From Nanobdellati archaeon (lineage in GTDB: Archaea > EX4484-52 > WAPT01): a DNA stretch of 52,167 bases. The DNA lies in assembly GCA_015520605.1 (NCBI GenBank), contig WAPT01000020.1:1-52167 (forward strand), read 5' to 3'. Positions within the stretch are counted from its first letter, which is position 1, and every line of letters begins with the position of its first letter. The notes beneath the pieces are model-generated. The model had not been told where the DNA came from, did no database searches, and saw only the letters and a program-made list of their open reading frames with translations. The translations under genes were made by a program, and so were the position numbers. Below, piece by piece: positions 28,813 to 39,266 of this stretch.

Positions 28813-29763
28813 TTATCCATTTTTTATTAAGGAAATTATTTCTTTATCTATTTTTCGGGGACGCAAATTGCCATATCTCACTTTCGGTCTTTTTCCGTCG
28901 ATCTCCATCTCGGATGTTATCTCTCTGTACACCGATCTGGGATTAGCGCCGTTATTCGTAACAGCGTATGCTGCAATCACAACGTGGGAACCGCCGTAAA
29001 ATCCATCCCCATCATCCACAACTATCGTTGCGTAATCCTTCGCCTTTTCACCGACCGAGATGGGGATACCGCCCATCCTGTACGCTTCCCTCATCATCTC
29101 AGAATCTCCTGAAGTATCGCCACAGGCAACGAACGGACGGGGAATTCCGTCTCCATTATCGTTAAGAATTCGGACAAGCTCGTATGCCTTCTGATACCTT
29201 CCGACGGGTTTCACTACCCATCTCGATTCATTTTCTTTTCGCAAGATTTCCGTGCCGACAACCTCGAGATAAATATCCCCCGGATTTCTTCTGAGTTTGA
29301 GCTCTTCGTAAGGTTTTCTTACACAGTCCTTTATACCTGCCGAGCATACATAGAGGTTAAGTCTGAACGGCGCATTACAGATCAGCTCCCTTCCATAGCG
29401 CCTTAAAGTCGTATCCGGTCCTGGCACTTTCTCTTTAAACCGCTCAGAAAGGTCATCACTTCCTCCGCCCAGCTCGTGTTCAAGTAGAGTCATCAGCGCA
29501 AGCTCCACGCCGTGATCCGTGTGGGGGTTGTAGTTTCTGCACCTTCCGTTTTCGGCTATCACTTTCCCCAAAGTTTTATTGATAATTTCTGGTTGCTCTC
29601 TTATCTTACTCACAGCATTCACGAACTGTTGCGAAGGTGATTCTCCATCGATACCGAGGAATTCGTAAACCTCCGAAAATTCGTCGGCCAGAAAATCCCT
29701 GCCAATGTCGCAAGGGCTGAATGTACCGTCGTGATCGGTTATAATTTTCATTGATTTATCCAT
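28813..29763 (-). CDS. Divergent HAD-superfamily hydrolase/phosphatase
   Basis: Motif I TDHDGT, motif II CSAG, motif III Lys (YQKA), motif IV GDTSGD. Confidence 0.75.
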   Translation of the reverse strand: MDKSMKIITDHDGTFSPCDIGRDFLADEFSEVYEFLGIDGESPSQQFVNAVSKIREQPEIINKTLGKVIAENGRCRNYNPHTDHGVELALMTLLEHELGGGSDDLSERFKEKVPGPDTTLRRYGRELICNAPFRLNLYVCSAGIKDCVRKPYEELKLRRNPGDIYLEVVGTEILRKENESRWVVKPVGRYQKAYELVRILNDNGDGIPRPFVACGDTSGDSEMMREAYRMGGIPISVGEKAKDYATIVVDDGDGFYGGSHVVIAAYAVTNNGANPRSVYREITSEMEIDGKRPKVRYGNLRPRKIDKEIISLIKNG

Positions 29764-29777
29764 GATTTTTCACCAAA

Positions 29778-29823
29778 AAATCGCTGAATTTTACATAATT
29801 TTTGTAAAAATTTTTGGCGATTT
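29778..29823. promoter_or_regulatory. Nested inverted repeat between the TATA box and start of the HAD gene
   Basis: AAATCGC...TTTTACA-N7-TGTAAAA...GCGATTT. Confidence 0.4.
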
Positions 29824-29981
29824 ACAGTCATTAATTTGGACATAAAACGTATATAAATGTTTCGATATTTTACCATGAGTTAGCACCCACTCTCTCGTCT
29901 CCGAAAAACAGAAACAGCTCCTGTAATCGTTGTCTGAACAACATCCCAACAACAACCAGAAAGCCTTATAATAAACTCTCC

Positions 29982-30872
29982 TTATTCCTTTACCATCTTC
30001 TTCCTGAATTTCTCGTAGAGTTCCACAAGCCCCCGAATGTTTGAAAGTCTTGATATATCCTTCTCGTACTCTATGTTAAGGTGAATACGGAAGTGTGGGA
30101 ATCTTTCTTCAACCATCTTGTGTAAAAGCATGGTGTCCAAGCTTCTTGCCACGCTTCCGCCAAAAACTATCTTGTCCGGAGCCACCAGGATCGTCAGTGA
30201 GCTGATATAATCTGCAAGGTTCTCATAATATTCGGCTTTTAGCGCCTCATCCCTGAAAACAGCGTGCACATCACCATTACCTAACTTTTCCAGATACCTG
30301 CCAGAAATGTAGAGTTCCGCACACCCCTTTCTTCCACAAAAGCACTCCTCATTACCTTGCCTCAGAATCATGTGTCCTGCCTCTATAATCTTATTCAGGA
30401 AAAGCAGTTCCTTGTAATCATAGTAGTTAAGGGGGATTGCGTTAACACCGGTGCCTATCTGAATTACGAGCAGGGTTCTTGTACGGTTATAAACATCTCT
30501 GAAGAACTTCTTTGCATGGTGATAGGCAAAAGCATAAACATCGTTGACGGCAAAGCTAACATCAACGTACTGTCCTATAAGAAACGGAAACCGCTTGGAG
30601 TAAAGCCTAAACTTCCATTTCCCCTCAACTTTTTCCATCCTTATTATACCGGGAAAAGTTGAGATTATTTCCCCATCCAGAGACCTGAGGAAAGAGAAGA
30701 ACTCATCAAAAGCCTCTCGAGACTCTCTAAAAAAGGTGGACACAACACAAAACTTCTGTTTTTTGTTTACTTCCTTGATTTTGTCTTCATATTTTTTTTC
30801 GAATTCGATGAGATGTTCCTTTTCGGAGAAAAAGACGGAGGTTTTCGTACCACCAATATCAAGTGCAATCAT
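29982..30872 (-). CDS. ROK-family sugar kinase (divergent)
   Basis: LDIGGTK, NDVYA, IGTGV, EAGH and CFCGRKGCAE motifs. Confidence 0.88.
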   Translation of the reverse strand: MIALDIGGTKTSVFFSEKEHLIEFEKKYEDKIKEVNKKQKFCVVSTFFRESREAFDEFFSFLRSLDGEIISTFPGIIRMEKVEGKWKFRLYSKRFPFLIGQYVDVSFAVNDVYAFAYHHAKKFFRDVYNRTRTLLVIQIGTGVNAIPLNYYDYKELLFLNKIIEAGHMILRQGNEECFCGRKGCAELYISGRYLEKLGNGDVHAVFRDEALKAEYYENLADYISSLTILVAPDKIVFGGSVARSLDTMLLHKMVEERFPHFRIHLNIEYEKDISRLSNIRGLVELYEKFRKKMVKE

Positions 30873-31029
30873 GTTTTGTCCTCTGGTTTTTAAAATTTAA
30901 ATAAATCATGTGCAGCATCGCATTTCTTTGTTGTGTTCTACGAATACCTGGACAGGGGCTGAAAACAACTTGCATAATTTTTTCTATCGGCAGGGCATAG
31001 TGTGGTAATTTTAAAACTCCTCTCTAAAA

Positions 31030-32250
31030 ATGTTAACTTTGAGGCTTATGGAAAAGGTGGGAATTGCGGAGCTCCCGCTGCACGGAGGCAAATGCCCAAG
31101 ATGGCTCTTTAGCAGGATGGTGCCTCTTGCGAGAAGTATAGTTGAAATTATAATCAGGGAGTATGGAAGTGTTGAGTTGCTCAGGAGACTCTCCGATCCG
31201 TTATGGTTTCAGGCTTTCGGCAATGTGCTTGGATTTGACTGGCACAGTTCGGGATTAACAACCACCGTTTGCGGAGCGCTGAAAGAAGCCGTGAACAGGG
31301 ATGAAGACTTACCGATCAAAATCGCCGGAGGCAAGGGTAAAGTTTCTCTCTCCACACCCGAACAGATCAAGATTCTTGCTGTCAGCATGAACATTCCGGA
31401 CTGGAAGCTCGACACCCTCATTTACGCGAGCAGAATGAGCGCGAAGGTGGATAATGCTGCGGTGCAGGACAACTATCAACTTTACCACCATGTAATAGCC
31501 TTCGATGAAAGAGGCAGGTGGTGTGTAATACAGCAGGGGATGAACGAGGCAAACAACTATGCAAGGAGGTATCACTGGATCTATTCCAAGGCTTCGACTT
31601 CCTTTGTTGATGAACCGCATACGGCAATCTGTGCTCAGAAGAAAGAAAACAGCGTGTTGGACATAACCTCCAGAAAGAATGCTGAGGTCAGGAGGGCCTG
31701 TGTCGATCTCGTGAACGATGAAATTAAAAAACTGAAGAAGTGGATGGTGATGGTGGCGCCAAACAACCTTCTTAGATATGCTCACCCATCAAGAAATTAT
31801 GTAGAGAAAGGAAAGGAAAAAGAAGGGACTACATCGAGTAAACTTCTGAGAATGCCTGCAAACCATTTCAGGATCCCGTTGCAGAAATCGTCCATAACTC
31901 TACTTGAAAGGATTTCCGACCAGAGTCCTAAAAGCTTTGAGGAAATCCTGCAAGGTAGGGGTGTGGGTCCTGCCACGGTCAGAGCTCTCGCTCTAACTTC
32001 ACAGCTAATTTACGGTACGGAGATCAGCTGGAAGGATCCAGCAAAGTTCTCGTTTGCTCACGGCGGGAAGGACGGGGTGCCTTATCCTGTCAATAGAAAA
32101 AGGATGGAAACCACAATCAAACTGCTAGAGGATGCGATAAAAAACGCCGAATTAGGTAAAAGGGATAAACTCCTTGCCTTAAAACGTCTCGCTGATTGGT
32201 GCGAACAAGTTGAAAGTTCCGCGGATGTACAGGAAAACCGTTGTATGTAA
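31030..32250 (+). CDS. DUF763 family protein
   Basis: LPLHGGKCPRWL, DWHSSGLTT, AKVDNAAVQD and FAHGGKDGVPYPV motifs. Confidence 0.92.
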   Translation: MLTLRLMEKVGIAELPLHGGKCPRWLFSRMVPLARSIVEIIIREYGSVELLRRLSDPLWFQAFGNVLGFDWHSSGLTTTVCGALKEAVNRDEDLPIKIAGGKGKVSLSTPEQIKILAVSMNIPDWKLDTLIYASRMSAKVDNAAVQDNYQLYHHVIAFDERGRWCVIQQGMNEANNYARRYHWIYSKASTSFVDEPHTAICAQKKENSVLDITSRKNAEVRRACVDLVNDEIKKLKKWMVMVAPNNLLRYAHPSRNYVEKGKEKEGTTSSKLLRMPANHFRIPLQKSSITLLERISDQSPKSFEEILQGRGVGPATVRALALTSQLIYGTEISWKDPAKFSFAHGGKDGVPYPVNRKRMETTIKLLEDAIKNAELGKRDKLLALKRLADWCEQVESSADVQENRCM

Positions 32251-32314
32251 AAGCTCAGAAATTTAAATTTCATGAACGGCTGGAAATCTAAAGAGTGAAG
32301 AGGTGCTGTTCATA

Positions 32315-33247
32315 ATGAAAGGAGAAGCTGTGGTCACCGGTGGAGCGGGTTTCATCGGAAGGCATCTCGTAAGGAGGCTTTTACAGGAAGGTTATGATGT
32401 TTATGTGATAGATAGTTTTCACACAGGGAGCTGGAAAAATAGAGAGGAAGGTGCCTATTATTTCCCGGGCAACGCGGGTGATGTTGTTCAGGTGATGAAA
32501 AGACTTGGAATCCAGCCATCGGTTATTTTCCATCTTGGAATCCCCAGCTCCTCTCCCATGTACAGGGATAACAGAGAGAACATAGCTCTTGCCGTCAGGG
32601 ACTTTGTGAAGATAATGGAATATTGTATGGGTGTGGATGCTAAGCTTGTTCTTGCCTCCACATCAAGCATCTACAACGGAAATCCGGTGCCATGGCGGGA
32701 AGATATGCAGATACTTCCGACAGATTTCTACACTGAGGTAAGGTACTTTATGGAAAGGTTGGCAGACGTTTATAATCAGCTCTACGGAATTGAGGTGGTG
32801 GCCTGTAGACTCTTCAGTGTCTACGGGCCGTTTGAGGAGCATAAGGGAAGATACGCCAACCTCGTATCGCAATTCATATGGAGCATGATGAAGAACGAAC
32901 CTCCATTGATCTTTGGAGATGGCACACAGAGCAGAGATTTTATCTTCGTGGAGGATGTTGTTGAAGGATTCATAAGAGCGGCTGAATACAAAGCAAATAG
33001 GTTTGAGGTATTCAATCTTGGGTACGGAAAGAGCTACTCACTTAATCAACTTGTTGAGATGATAAATGAAGTACTTGGCAAGAATATAAAACCAAAATAC
33101 GTAGAGAATCCAATAAAGAATTATGTGATGCACACACTCGCAGATATGACAAAATCAAGGGAAATATTAGGTTTCAGGCCAAAAGTCTCGCTCGAAGAGG
33201 GTATCGAAAGATGTGTGGAGCATTACTCTAAAAAGTTCTCTTCCTAA
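32315..33247 (+). CDS. NAD-dependent epimerase/dehydratase (extended SDR)
   Basis: TGGAGFIG, ASTSSIY, RLFSVYG and GDGTQSRDF motifs; YxxxR replaces YxxxK. Confidence 0.93.
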   Translation: MKGEAVVTGGAGFIGRHLVRRLLQEGYDVYVIDSFHTGSWKNREEGAYYFPGNAGDVVQVMKRLGIQPSVIFHLGIPSSSPMYRDNRENIALAVRDFVKIMEYCMGVDAKLVLASTSSIYNGNPVPWREDMQILPTDFYTEVRYFMERLADVYNQLYGIEVVACRLFSVYGPFEEHKGRYANLVSQFIWSMMKNEPPLIFGDGTQSRDFIFVEDVVEGFIRAAEYKANRFEVFNLGYGKSYSLNQLVEMINEVLGKNIKPKYVENPIKNYVMHTLADMTKSREILGFRPKVSLEEGIERCVEHYSKKFSS

Positions 33248-33322
33248 AAAGTGGGATTTTGGAACAAAAATCAGGAATAGAACAAAAATATATATAAGTG
33301 TTGAAATTCGGATATATTCTTT

Positions 33323-34381
33323 ATGAGAATTTCCAGATCCAAAAAAGTGAACGAAGATAAACCAACTAAACCGGCAATAATAGATTTCGATAAAGTTATT
33401 GTTTTTCTTATTGGAATTGTGGGCCTCATCATCATCTGGCCTTTCGTTACAGCACTGATTCTGGCTGCAGTCACCGCCTACACATTTTATCCTTTGGTGA
33501 GCTTCTTGCAGAAATATCTTCGTTCCTACAACCTCGCTATCTGCGTAACCTTGCTGCTGGTGGTTGCACCCATAGCATGGAGTATCAGTTACATTGCGGG
33601 AGGTCTAACATCAGTTATTTCGACCATGCAAAAATTCTCCAGTAACATAACCGGGGCTCTGATAAAAATAAGCGAGTATCTAACATCCATCAATCTCAAG
33701 ATTCCGGGATCTCAGTCCGTCATAGCCGCGGCTCAGAGTATGATAAACGACTTTATAACCAAGAGCCAACAATCGCTTATATCATGGATCAAAAACCTTC
33801 CTGAATTACTGGTCAGCACACTTGTTTACATATTTGCAACATATTATTTTCTTAGAGATGGAAAATCCCTCAAAGAAACCGTTCTCAGATGGAGCAGAAA
33901 GTTCGATACGGAGGAAAGAAACGTGATAGAGAGCATAGTTAGGGGTCTCGACAACAGCTTCCGCGTGCTCTTCGTTTCCTACATAGGGATATCTACGATT
34001 GTTGGAGTCATGAGTGCTGCCATCTACTATGCTTTTCACATACCTTATGCCGGTGTTCTTGCCGTGCTTACATGGCTGTTTGCGTTTTTGCCCGTGCTCA
34101 GTGCGCCTATGGTTTACGGACCGGTGGCGGCATACATGTTTTATATGGGGGCGATTCAGCAAGCGATCGGCGTTGCTGTGTCGGGTGTGATCTTTCTCTC
34201 TCTTGTTCCTGACCTCGTTCTCAGACCTATTCTTTGCGGAAAGGCGGGAAATGTTCATCCTTTAACTATAGTGCTGGGTTTTTTCGGGGGGCCAATGGTT
34301 TTTGGTTTAAAGGGATTTCTCATCGGACCACTGCTACTTGTAATTGTCGAGACCGTGATAAAAGGATATCTCGATGCATGA
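33323..34381 (+). CDS. AI-2E/UPF0118 (PerM) family transporter
   Basis: YYFLRDG, LRP and HPL...GFFGG...FGLKGFLIGP signatures. Confidence 0.9.
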   Translation: MRISRSKKVNEDKPTKPAIIDFDKVIVFLIGIVGLIIIWPFVTALILAAVTAYTFYPLVSFLQKYLRSYNLAICVTLLLVVAPIAWSISYIAGGLTSVISTMQKFSSNITGALIKISEYLTSINLKIPGSQSVIAAAQSMINDFITKSQQSLISWIKNLPELLVSTLVYIFATYYFLRDGKSLKETVLRWSRKFDTEERNVIESIVRGLDNSFRVLFVSYIGISTIVGVMSAAIYYAFHIPYAGVLAVLTWLFAFLPVLSAPMVYGPVAAYMFYMGAIQQAIGVAVSGVIFLSLVPDLVLRPILCGKAGNVHPLTIVLGFFGGPMVFGLKGFLIGPLLLVIVETVIKGYLDA

Positions 34382-34512
34382 TCACACGGAAAAATTTTTA
34401 TGATAGTTCCCTTTTTATTTTTCCTCAATGAATACTCTTAAAGTTGAAAATTTTGCATCCCTGTGTTATTTCATGAGATGCGCAGCCCATTGAGAGGATA
34501 ACCGGTGAGCTC

Positions 34513-35571
34513 ATGATCAGTAAAAAAAAAGCCACAGTGGCGGGGGTGATTGGAGGAATTCTAATGGTTGCATTACTGATCATGATAGCCGGACCCGCAG
34601 AGACCCTTAACGCTCTCAAGAGTGCGAAAGTACAATATATCCTGCTTGCATTTTTAGTACAGATGTGTATCTCCGTTCTGTACTCTCTTCGATGGAAAGT
34701 CCTGCTTGAAACGGTAACAAAAAAAGTTAGTTTTTTTCACATTTACCTTATATCATCCTTTGGATATCTTGTAAACATTTTGACTCCGGGTGCGCAGGCC
34801 GGAGGGGAGCCCGCGAGGGCTTATGTTCTCAGTAAGGTGGAAAAGCTCCCCTCCTCGAGATGTTTTGCATCAATCGTAGTTGAGAGGTTCTATGATGTTA
34901 TCAGTTACCTGTTGTTCATTCTCATCGGCCTCATAATGCTATTTCGGATCTACACCCCAGGAGTGCTCGGCACCGTGTTTATACTTGGGGGTATTTTCAT
35001 CATAGTTTTTCTGACCATTATCGCAATATATGTTTCTGTGGACAGGCGAGTCTCTCTGAAGTTGCTGAGGATGATTTTCAGGATACTCAGAAACATAAAA
35101 CCTCTCGTGAATAGGGTTGACGAATGGGCGGCTAAGGCCGAGAACACAGTGGAGGAATACTCCCGCTCTTTCAGAAGAATTCTATCAAAGAACATAAAGA
35201 AAAACGTCGCTTATTCGTTAGCCATAAGGATGTTGGAAATTCTACGACTCTACATAATTCTCCATGCATTTGGACTACTTTTTGGCGTGGATAAGGTTGT
35301 TGTTATCTTCTCCATAATAGTGCTCTCAATGCTCGTGCCATCACCGCCGGCGGGTCTCGGAGTTGTAGAATCAGCATACTTGCTCACATTCAAACTGCTG
35401 GGGGTAAAATTAAGTACGGCTGCAGCGATCATGATTGTTGATAGATTCATCAGTAGCGCAATACCCGCGTTTATCGGTACTGTATGTGGATACTACCTCG
35501 GGTTCAGGCTCATGAACAACAAGCTACTGATTGAAAAGGGAATTTCAAAACAGACGAACTGCAAGGTTTAA
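34513..35571 (+). CDS. UPF0104/lysylphosphatidylglycerol-synthase TM-region (flippase-like) protein
   Basis: LRW, NILTPGAQAGGEPAR, ERFYD and PAGLGVVE motifs. Confidence 0.9.
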   Translation: MISKKKATVAGVIGGILMVALLIMIAGPAETLNALKSAKVQYILLAFLVQMCISVLYSLRWKVLLETVTKKVSFFHIYLISSFGYLVNILTPGAQAGGEPARAYVLSKVEKLPSSRCFASIVVERFYDVISYLLFILIGLIMLFRIYTPGVLGTVFILGGIFIIVFLTIIAIYVSVDRRVSLKLLRMIFRILRNIKPLVNRVDEWAAKAENTVEEYSRSFRRILSKNIKKNVAYSLAIRMLEILRLYIILHAFGLLFGVDKVVVIFSIIVLSMLVPSPPAGLGVVESAYLLTFKLLGVKLSTAAAIMIVDRFISSAIPAFIGTVCGYYLGFRLMNNKLLIEKGISKQTNCKV

Positions 35572-36119
35572 TTTTTTCTGCGCAGTTTGTTTTTCTCCGC
35601 GGGCACCCACCGGAAATCAGAGAGTCCGCACCTTGGGCATGTGTTTTCATCAGTATCAACCCTGATGTTACAGTGGGCGCACTTCTTCACCCATTTTATG
35701 CTATGAGTTATGCCTCTCACACCAACACCCCTGAATCTAAGCCCGAGCGATACGCAGAGGTTCTGAACAGCGTAATCGTCCGACACGACCACAACCTCTT
35801 TCCCTTTCTTTTTGAAGTACAGGGCCAGAGCAACCACACTCAGATCAGCATTACTAAGTTTCCCTCCAATTTCCCGAACCTTTTCCCTAACCTCCTTCAT
35901 GCACTCTCCATCGGGATATAGAACATCCATCCCTCCCTTAAGAAATATATCAAATGTTATCTTCGCCTGCAGGCTTTTGAGCTCCTCCATTACCACATGG
36001 GTTGTTACGCAGATCTCCTCGCTTAGCCTCGATCCCTCAGGTTTTACAAATGCCGAAGCATCGAGCACATAAATGATTTTCTTTTTCCTTTCCTCCATTC
36101 CCTCCTTTTCTTCCCGCAT
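35568..36119 (-). CDS. nob1: Endoribonuclease Nob1
   Basis: PIN motifs VLDASA, LSNADL, SDDYAVQN plus a C-terminal CxxC...CxxC ribbon. Confidence 0.92.
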   Translation of the reverse strand: MREEKEGMEERKKKIIYVLDASAFVKPEGSRLSEEICVTTHVVMEELKSLQAKITFDIFLKGGMDVLYPDGECMKEVREKVREIGGKLSNADLSVVALALYFKKKGKEVVVVSDDYAVQNLCVSLGLRFRGVGVRGITHSIKWVKKCAHCNIRVDTDENTCPRCGLSDFRWVPAEKNKLRRKN

Positions 36120-36242
36120 GCCCGAAGTTTTTGTCGGGCAGTCTTAAATATTTATAAAAGTTAGCACATATGGGAGGATTAGAACATTCTCAGGTCTTGT
36201 TATATAGACGCATAGACGCTTTCAAGCGATCAGGAGGTGGGA

Positions 36243-36647
36243 ATGATGGATGTAAAGCTGATAGAGGCGAAGCAGGCAAAAAAGGGTACGTATGTCATGA
36301 TAGACAATGTTCCCTGTGTGGTGATAGATATGAAGGTTTCTTCGCCCGGGAAGCACGGAAGCGCCAAGTGCAGAATAATAGCGGAGGGAATAGCAGATGG
36401 AAAAAGGAGAGAGATAACGCTTCCCGGCAGCACTAAAGTTCCCAGTCCAAATGTCGATAAGAGAAAGGCGCAGATAGTTGCTGTGCTTGGCGACACCGTC
36501 CAGCTTATGGATCTTGAGACTTATGAGGTTTTTGAGCTCAGAATCCCAGAAGATCTGAAAAATGCTGTGGTGGAGGGAGCCGAAGCCGAGTACTGGGTGC
36601 TCGCAGGTAAAGACAGAGTGCTGGTGAAGGTAAAGAAGGGTGAGTGA
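36243..36647 (+). CDS. eif5a: Translation factor aIF5A
   Basis: Hypusine loop SPGKHGSAK and QLMDLETYE; GGAGGTG SD. Confidence 0.97.
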   Translation: MMDVKLIEAKQAKKGTYVMIDNVPCVVIDMKVSSPGKHGSAKCRIIAEGIADGKRREITLPGSTKVPSPNVDKRKAQIVAVLGDTVQLMDLETYEVFELRIPEDLKNAVVEGAEAEYWVLAGKDRVLVKVKKGE

Positions 36648-36988
36648 TTCTCGACACAGCCCCATGCATCGCATCCATCCCTACGTTTTGCATTACTGCG
36701 TATCGACCCATCAATCCCAAGAAGGTTCGGGGAGAAAATTCCGAATGTGCTTAAAAACCCAAAGTGTTTTCTCTGTTCTGCTCGCTGCGAATGGGACGCT
36801 CCCGAGGGTCTTTCACTTTTTCCTCACTTGTCCTTCACGCTTTCCCAGAAATTGGTTTTTGTCATTGTGCTCGGATAAATCGCCTAAAAATCTCCCGTTA
36901 CGGATTTGGAGAATGAGAACGGTTTCTAGAAGCTATGTAGTTCAAAATCTCAAAAAATTTTAAAAAATTAATTAATGATTATAAACAT

Positions 36989-37342
36989 ATGAGTGCTAGA
37001 AAAAGAAAATTTTTCTTGCCCTGTATGTTCATCGGGATGGGTATTGGATTTTTATTGATGAACTGGATTGAAACGGCCTTCGTGGCCTGTATGTTTTTAG
37101 GGATGGGTGTGGGGTTTTTGCTGGACTCTCTGTTCGTTGTGGAGGAGAAGAAAATCAAGGCCAATAAGGTGTACCGGAGTTCTTCCGTAGCATTAGCAAT
37201 ATTGGGTTTAAGTTTAATGCTGGTGGGGGTTCTGCTTCTTGTGAGTCCGAAGATGCTGGAGGTGCTGGAGACCTATATGTTTGGGTTCGGCTTCATTATC
37301 TTCGGTCTTTTTATTCTTGTAAAGAGTTTAGGAAAGATGTAG
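36989..37342 (+). CDS. Small 4-TM membrane protein
   Basis: Repeated CMF(I/L)GMG(I/V)GFLL helices. Confidence 0.75.
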   Translation: MSARKRKFFLPCMFIGMGIGFLLMNWIETAFVACMFLGMGVGFLLDSLFVVEEKKIKANKVYRSSSVALAILGLSLMLVGVLLLVSPKMLEVLETYMFGFGFIIFGLFILVKSLGKM

Positions 37343-37420
37343 TGGGTTGCGGTGAGCCCGGATCTGGCATGCTTTGATCTGCTGTGGCCCCTCCCGGAAA
37401 AAAGGGTTCGAAAAACAACA

Positions 37421-38122
37421 TTACATCAGCTTCAACTTCTCCACACCATACTTTTCAAAGTATTCTTCCACCTTCCTGCCTACCTCTTCCCTCTTCTCAC
37501 TCTCCCATCTCTCAAATGCGAATGGAAGCAACTCTATGGCGTTACTCATTGCGTAATATTCAACATCCATCTCAGTAAGCACCTCAGCCACGCTCCTTCC
37601 ATCATCACGCTTCTCCATCCTGTTCGTAAGTGCTATAGCAACGACATTCTCCACGCTTTTCAGCTCTTTCAGCTTTTCCACCCACTCGATAAGGGATGAC
37701 CCGGTTGTGGTCACATCTTCAATTACGGCAACCCTACCTCCGGGAGCTCCCACAAAAAATCTGTCCTTCGGCACACCGTGGGATTTCACCTTCCCCCTAC
37801 CCATAGGAAGCACATGACTGCCTTTTCCAAAATTCTCGTCCATCTTCGCCCACTTGTATTGCACTATTATGCCGGTTTTGGTTGCGCCTTCTGGAACGCC
37901 GAAGAAGCAGTCCACATCAATACCTTTGCTCTTAACGAAACTTATGATAAAGTCCGCAAGTCTATCTATCATGTACACATCCTCTGTTACATTTCTCCAG
38001 TTCACATAAAAGTGGGAAAGTCTGCCTGACTTTAGCCGAATGGGTTCCTCAAAGAAACCAATGATACCATTCTCCAGAATAAACTCATTGAAAGCTTCCT
38101 GGTCAAATCCATTTGTGAGCAT
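37421..38122 (-). CDS. pyrE: Orotate phosphoribosyltransferase-like PRTase
   Basis: LKSGRLSHFYVNWR, KSHG and PRPP-binding VIEDVTTTGSS; start at ATG 38122. Confidence 0.85.
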   Translation of the reverse strand: MLTNGFDQEAFNEFILENGIIGFFEEPIRLKSGRLSHFYVNWRNVTEDVYMIDRLADFIISFVKSKGIDVDCFFGVPEGATKTGIIVQYKWAKMDENFGKGSHVLPMGRGKVKSHGVPKDRFFVGAPGGRVAVIEDVTTTGSSLIEWVEKLKELKSVENVVAIALTNRMEKRDDGRSVAEVLTEMDVEYYAMSNAIELLPFAFERWESEKREEVGRKVEEYFEKYGVEKLKLM

Positions 38123-38474
38123 TATTTGAAACTGGAATCTGAAATTTTTAAAGTGTATCTTTCTGAACGTCTTTTCCGTACTTTTTTGGCAAGGTTCTTT
38201 CATCACGTCTCTTCACTTTCATTCCACTTTCATTGAGTTTTCTTATCGCGATTTCACAAACCTTATACCCCCAGACTCTTTCATACATCATCGATGGTAC
38301 TCACACACCCTATTCGAAAAGTTTTAAACTCGAGAAAAAGATGTGCGCTCTCATTGTTATTATACATAATCGATGAGTATACCTAACGAAGTCTGAGTTT
38401 AACCAATCCATTACCTCGCACCAGTTTAAAAATGTTTTAAAATAGTTCTTCTCAATTTTCTGTTGGTGTGAAAA

Positions 38475-39266
38475 ATGCTTCTGAATACCTCACGGAATTT
38501 CCTCGTTTCCGAGAATGAAAATATAGAGGAAGCGAAAGTAATAGTTCTTGGCGTACCTTTCGATAGCACGGAAACCACACTACCGGGACAGAGGCTTGCA
38601 CCCCTCGAAATCAGAAAGGCTCTGCTCTCCCTCGAGCTTAACGAACTTTTAGATGAGGTTTATGACGCTGGAGATGTTGTTGTGGTGCACGGAAGCGTGA
38701 AGAAAACGATGGAAAGGCTTGAGGACGTTCTTAATGACATATGGAAGAGGAACAACAGAGCGGTGCTTCTCGTGCTGGGTGGGGAGCACACCGTAACTTA
38801 TGGGGTTGTGAAGTTCCTAGCCACAAAGTTTAACGAGTTACAGCTTGTTTTCATGGATGCTCATGGAGATGCTTACGATGAATATATGGGTTTAAAACTT
38901 TGCCATGCGACCGTGCTCAAGAGGATTGATGAGCTCGGGAATGTTAAGATAGCCACGGTTGGGATAAGGGAAGAGCTAGAAGAGCTAAGCAACCTTAAGA
39001 ATCTTGTTAGCATCGATGATCTTAACAGGGAGAAACCCACTTATGTGAGCATAGATGTTGATGTTCTTGATCCATCCCTCATGCCCGGAGTATCAGACCC
39101 TGTGCCTATCGGATTGAAGGTAGAGAACGTTATTAATTATATTAAAAGGTTTGACTTTCTTGTTGGCGTGGATGTGGTTGAACTCAACCCCATACTTGAG
39201 AATAACATCTCCCCCAGAACCGCGGCATGGATCATGAGAGAGATTATGATGAAGGTAAGAATGTAA
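38475..39266 (+). CDS. speB: Agmatinase (arginase family)
   Basis: GVPFD, GGEH, DAHGD, SIDVDVLDP and DVVELNP motifs. Confidence 0.88.
   Translation: MLLNTSRNFLVSENENIEEAKVIVLGVPFDSTETTLPGQRLAPLEIRKALLSLELNELLDEVYDAGDVVVVHGSVKKTMERLEDVLNDIWKRNNRAVLLVLGGEHTVTYGVVKFLATKFNELQLVFMDAHGDAYDEYMGLKLCHATVLKRIDELGNVKIATVGIREELEELSNLKNLVSIDDLNREKPTYVSIDVDVLDPSLMPGVSDPVPIGLKVENVINYIKRFDFLVGVDVVELNPILENNISPRTAAWIMREIMMKVRM

Noticed and set aside
36640-36963. 107-aa ORF after eif5a
   Set aside because: Atypical composition and no recognisable motifs; probably non-coding or a remnant.
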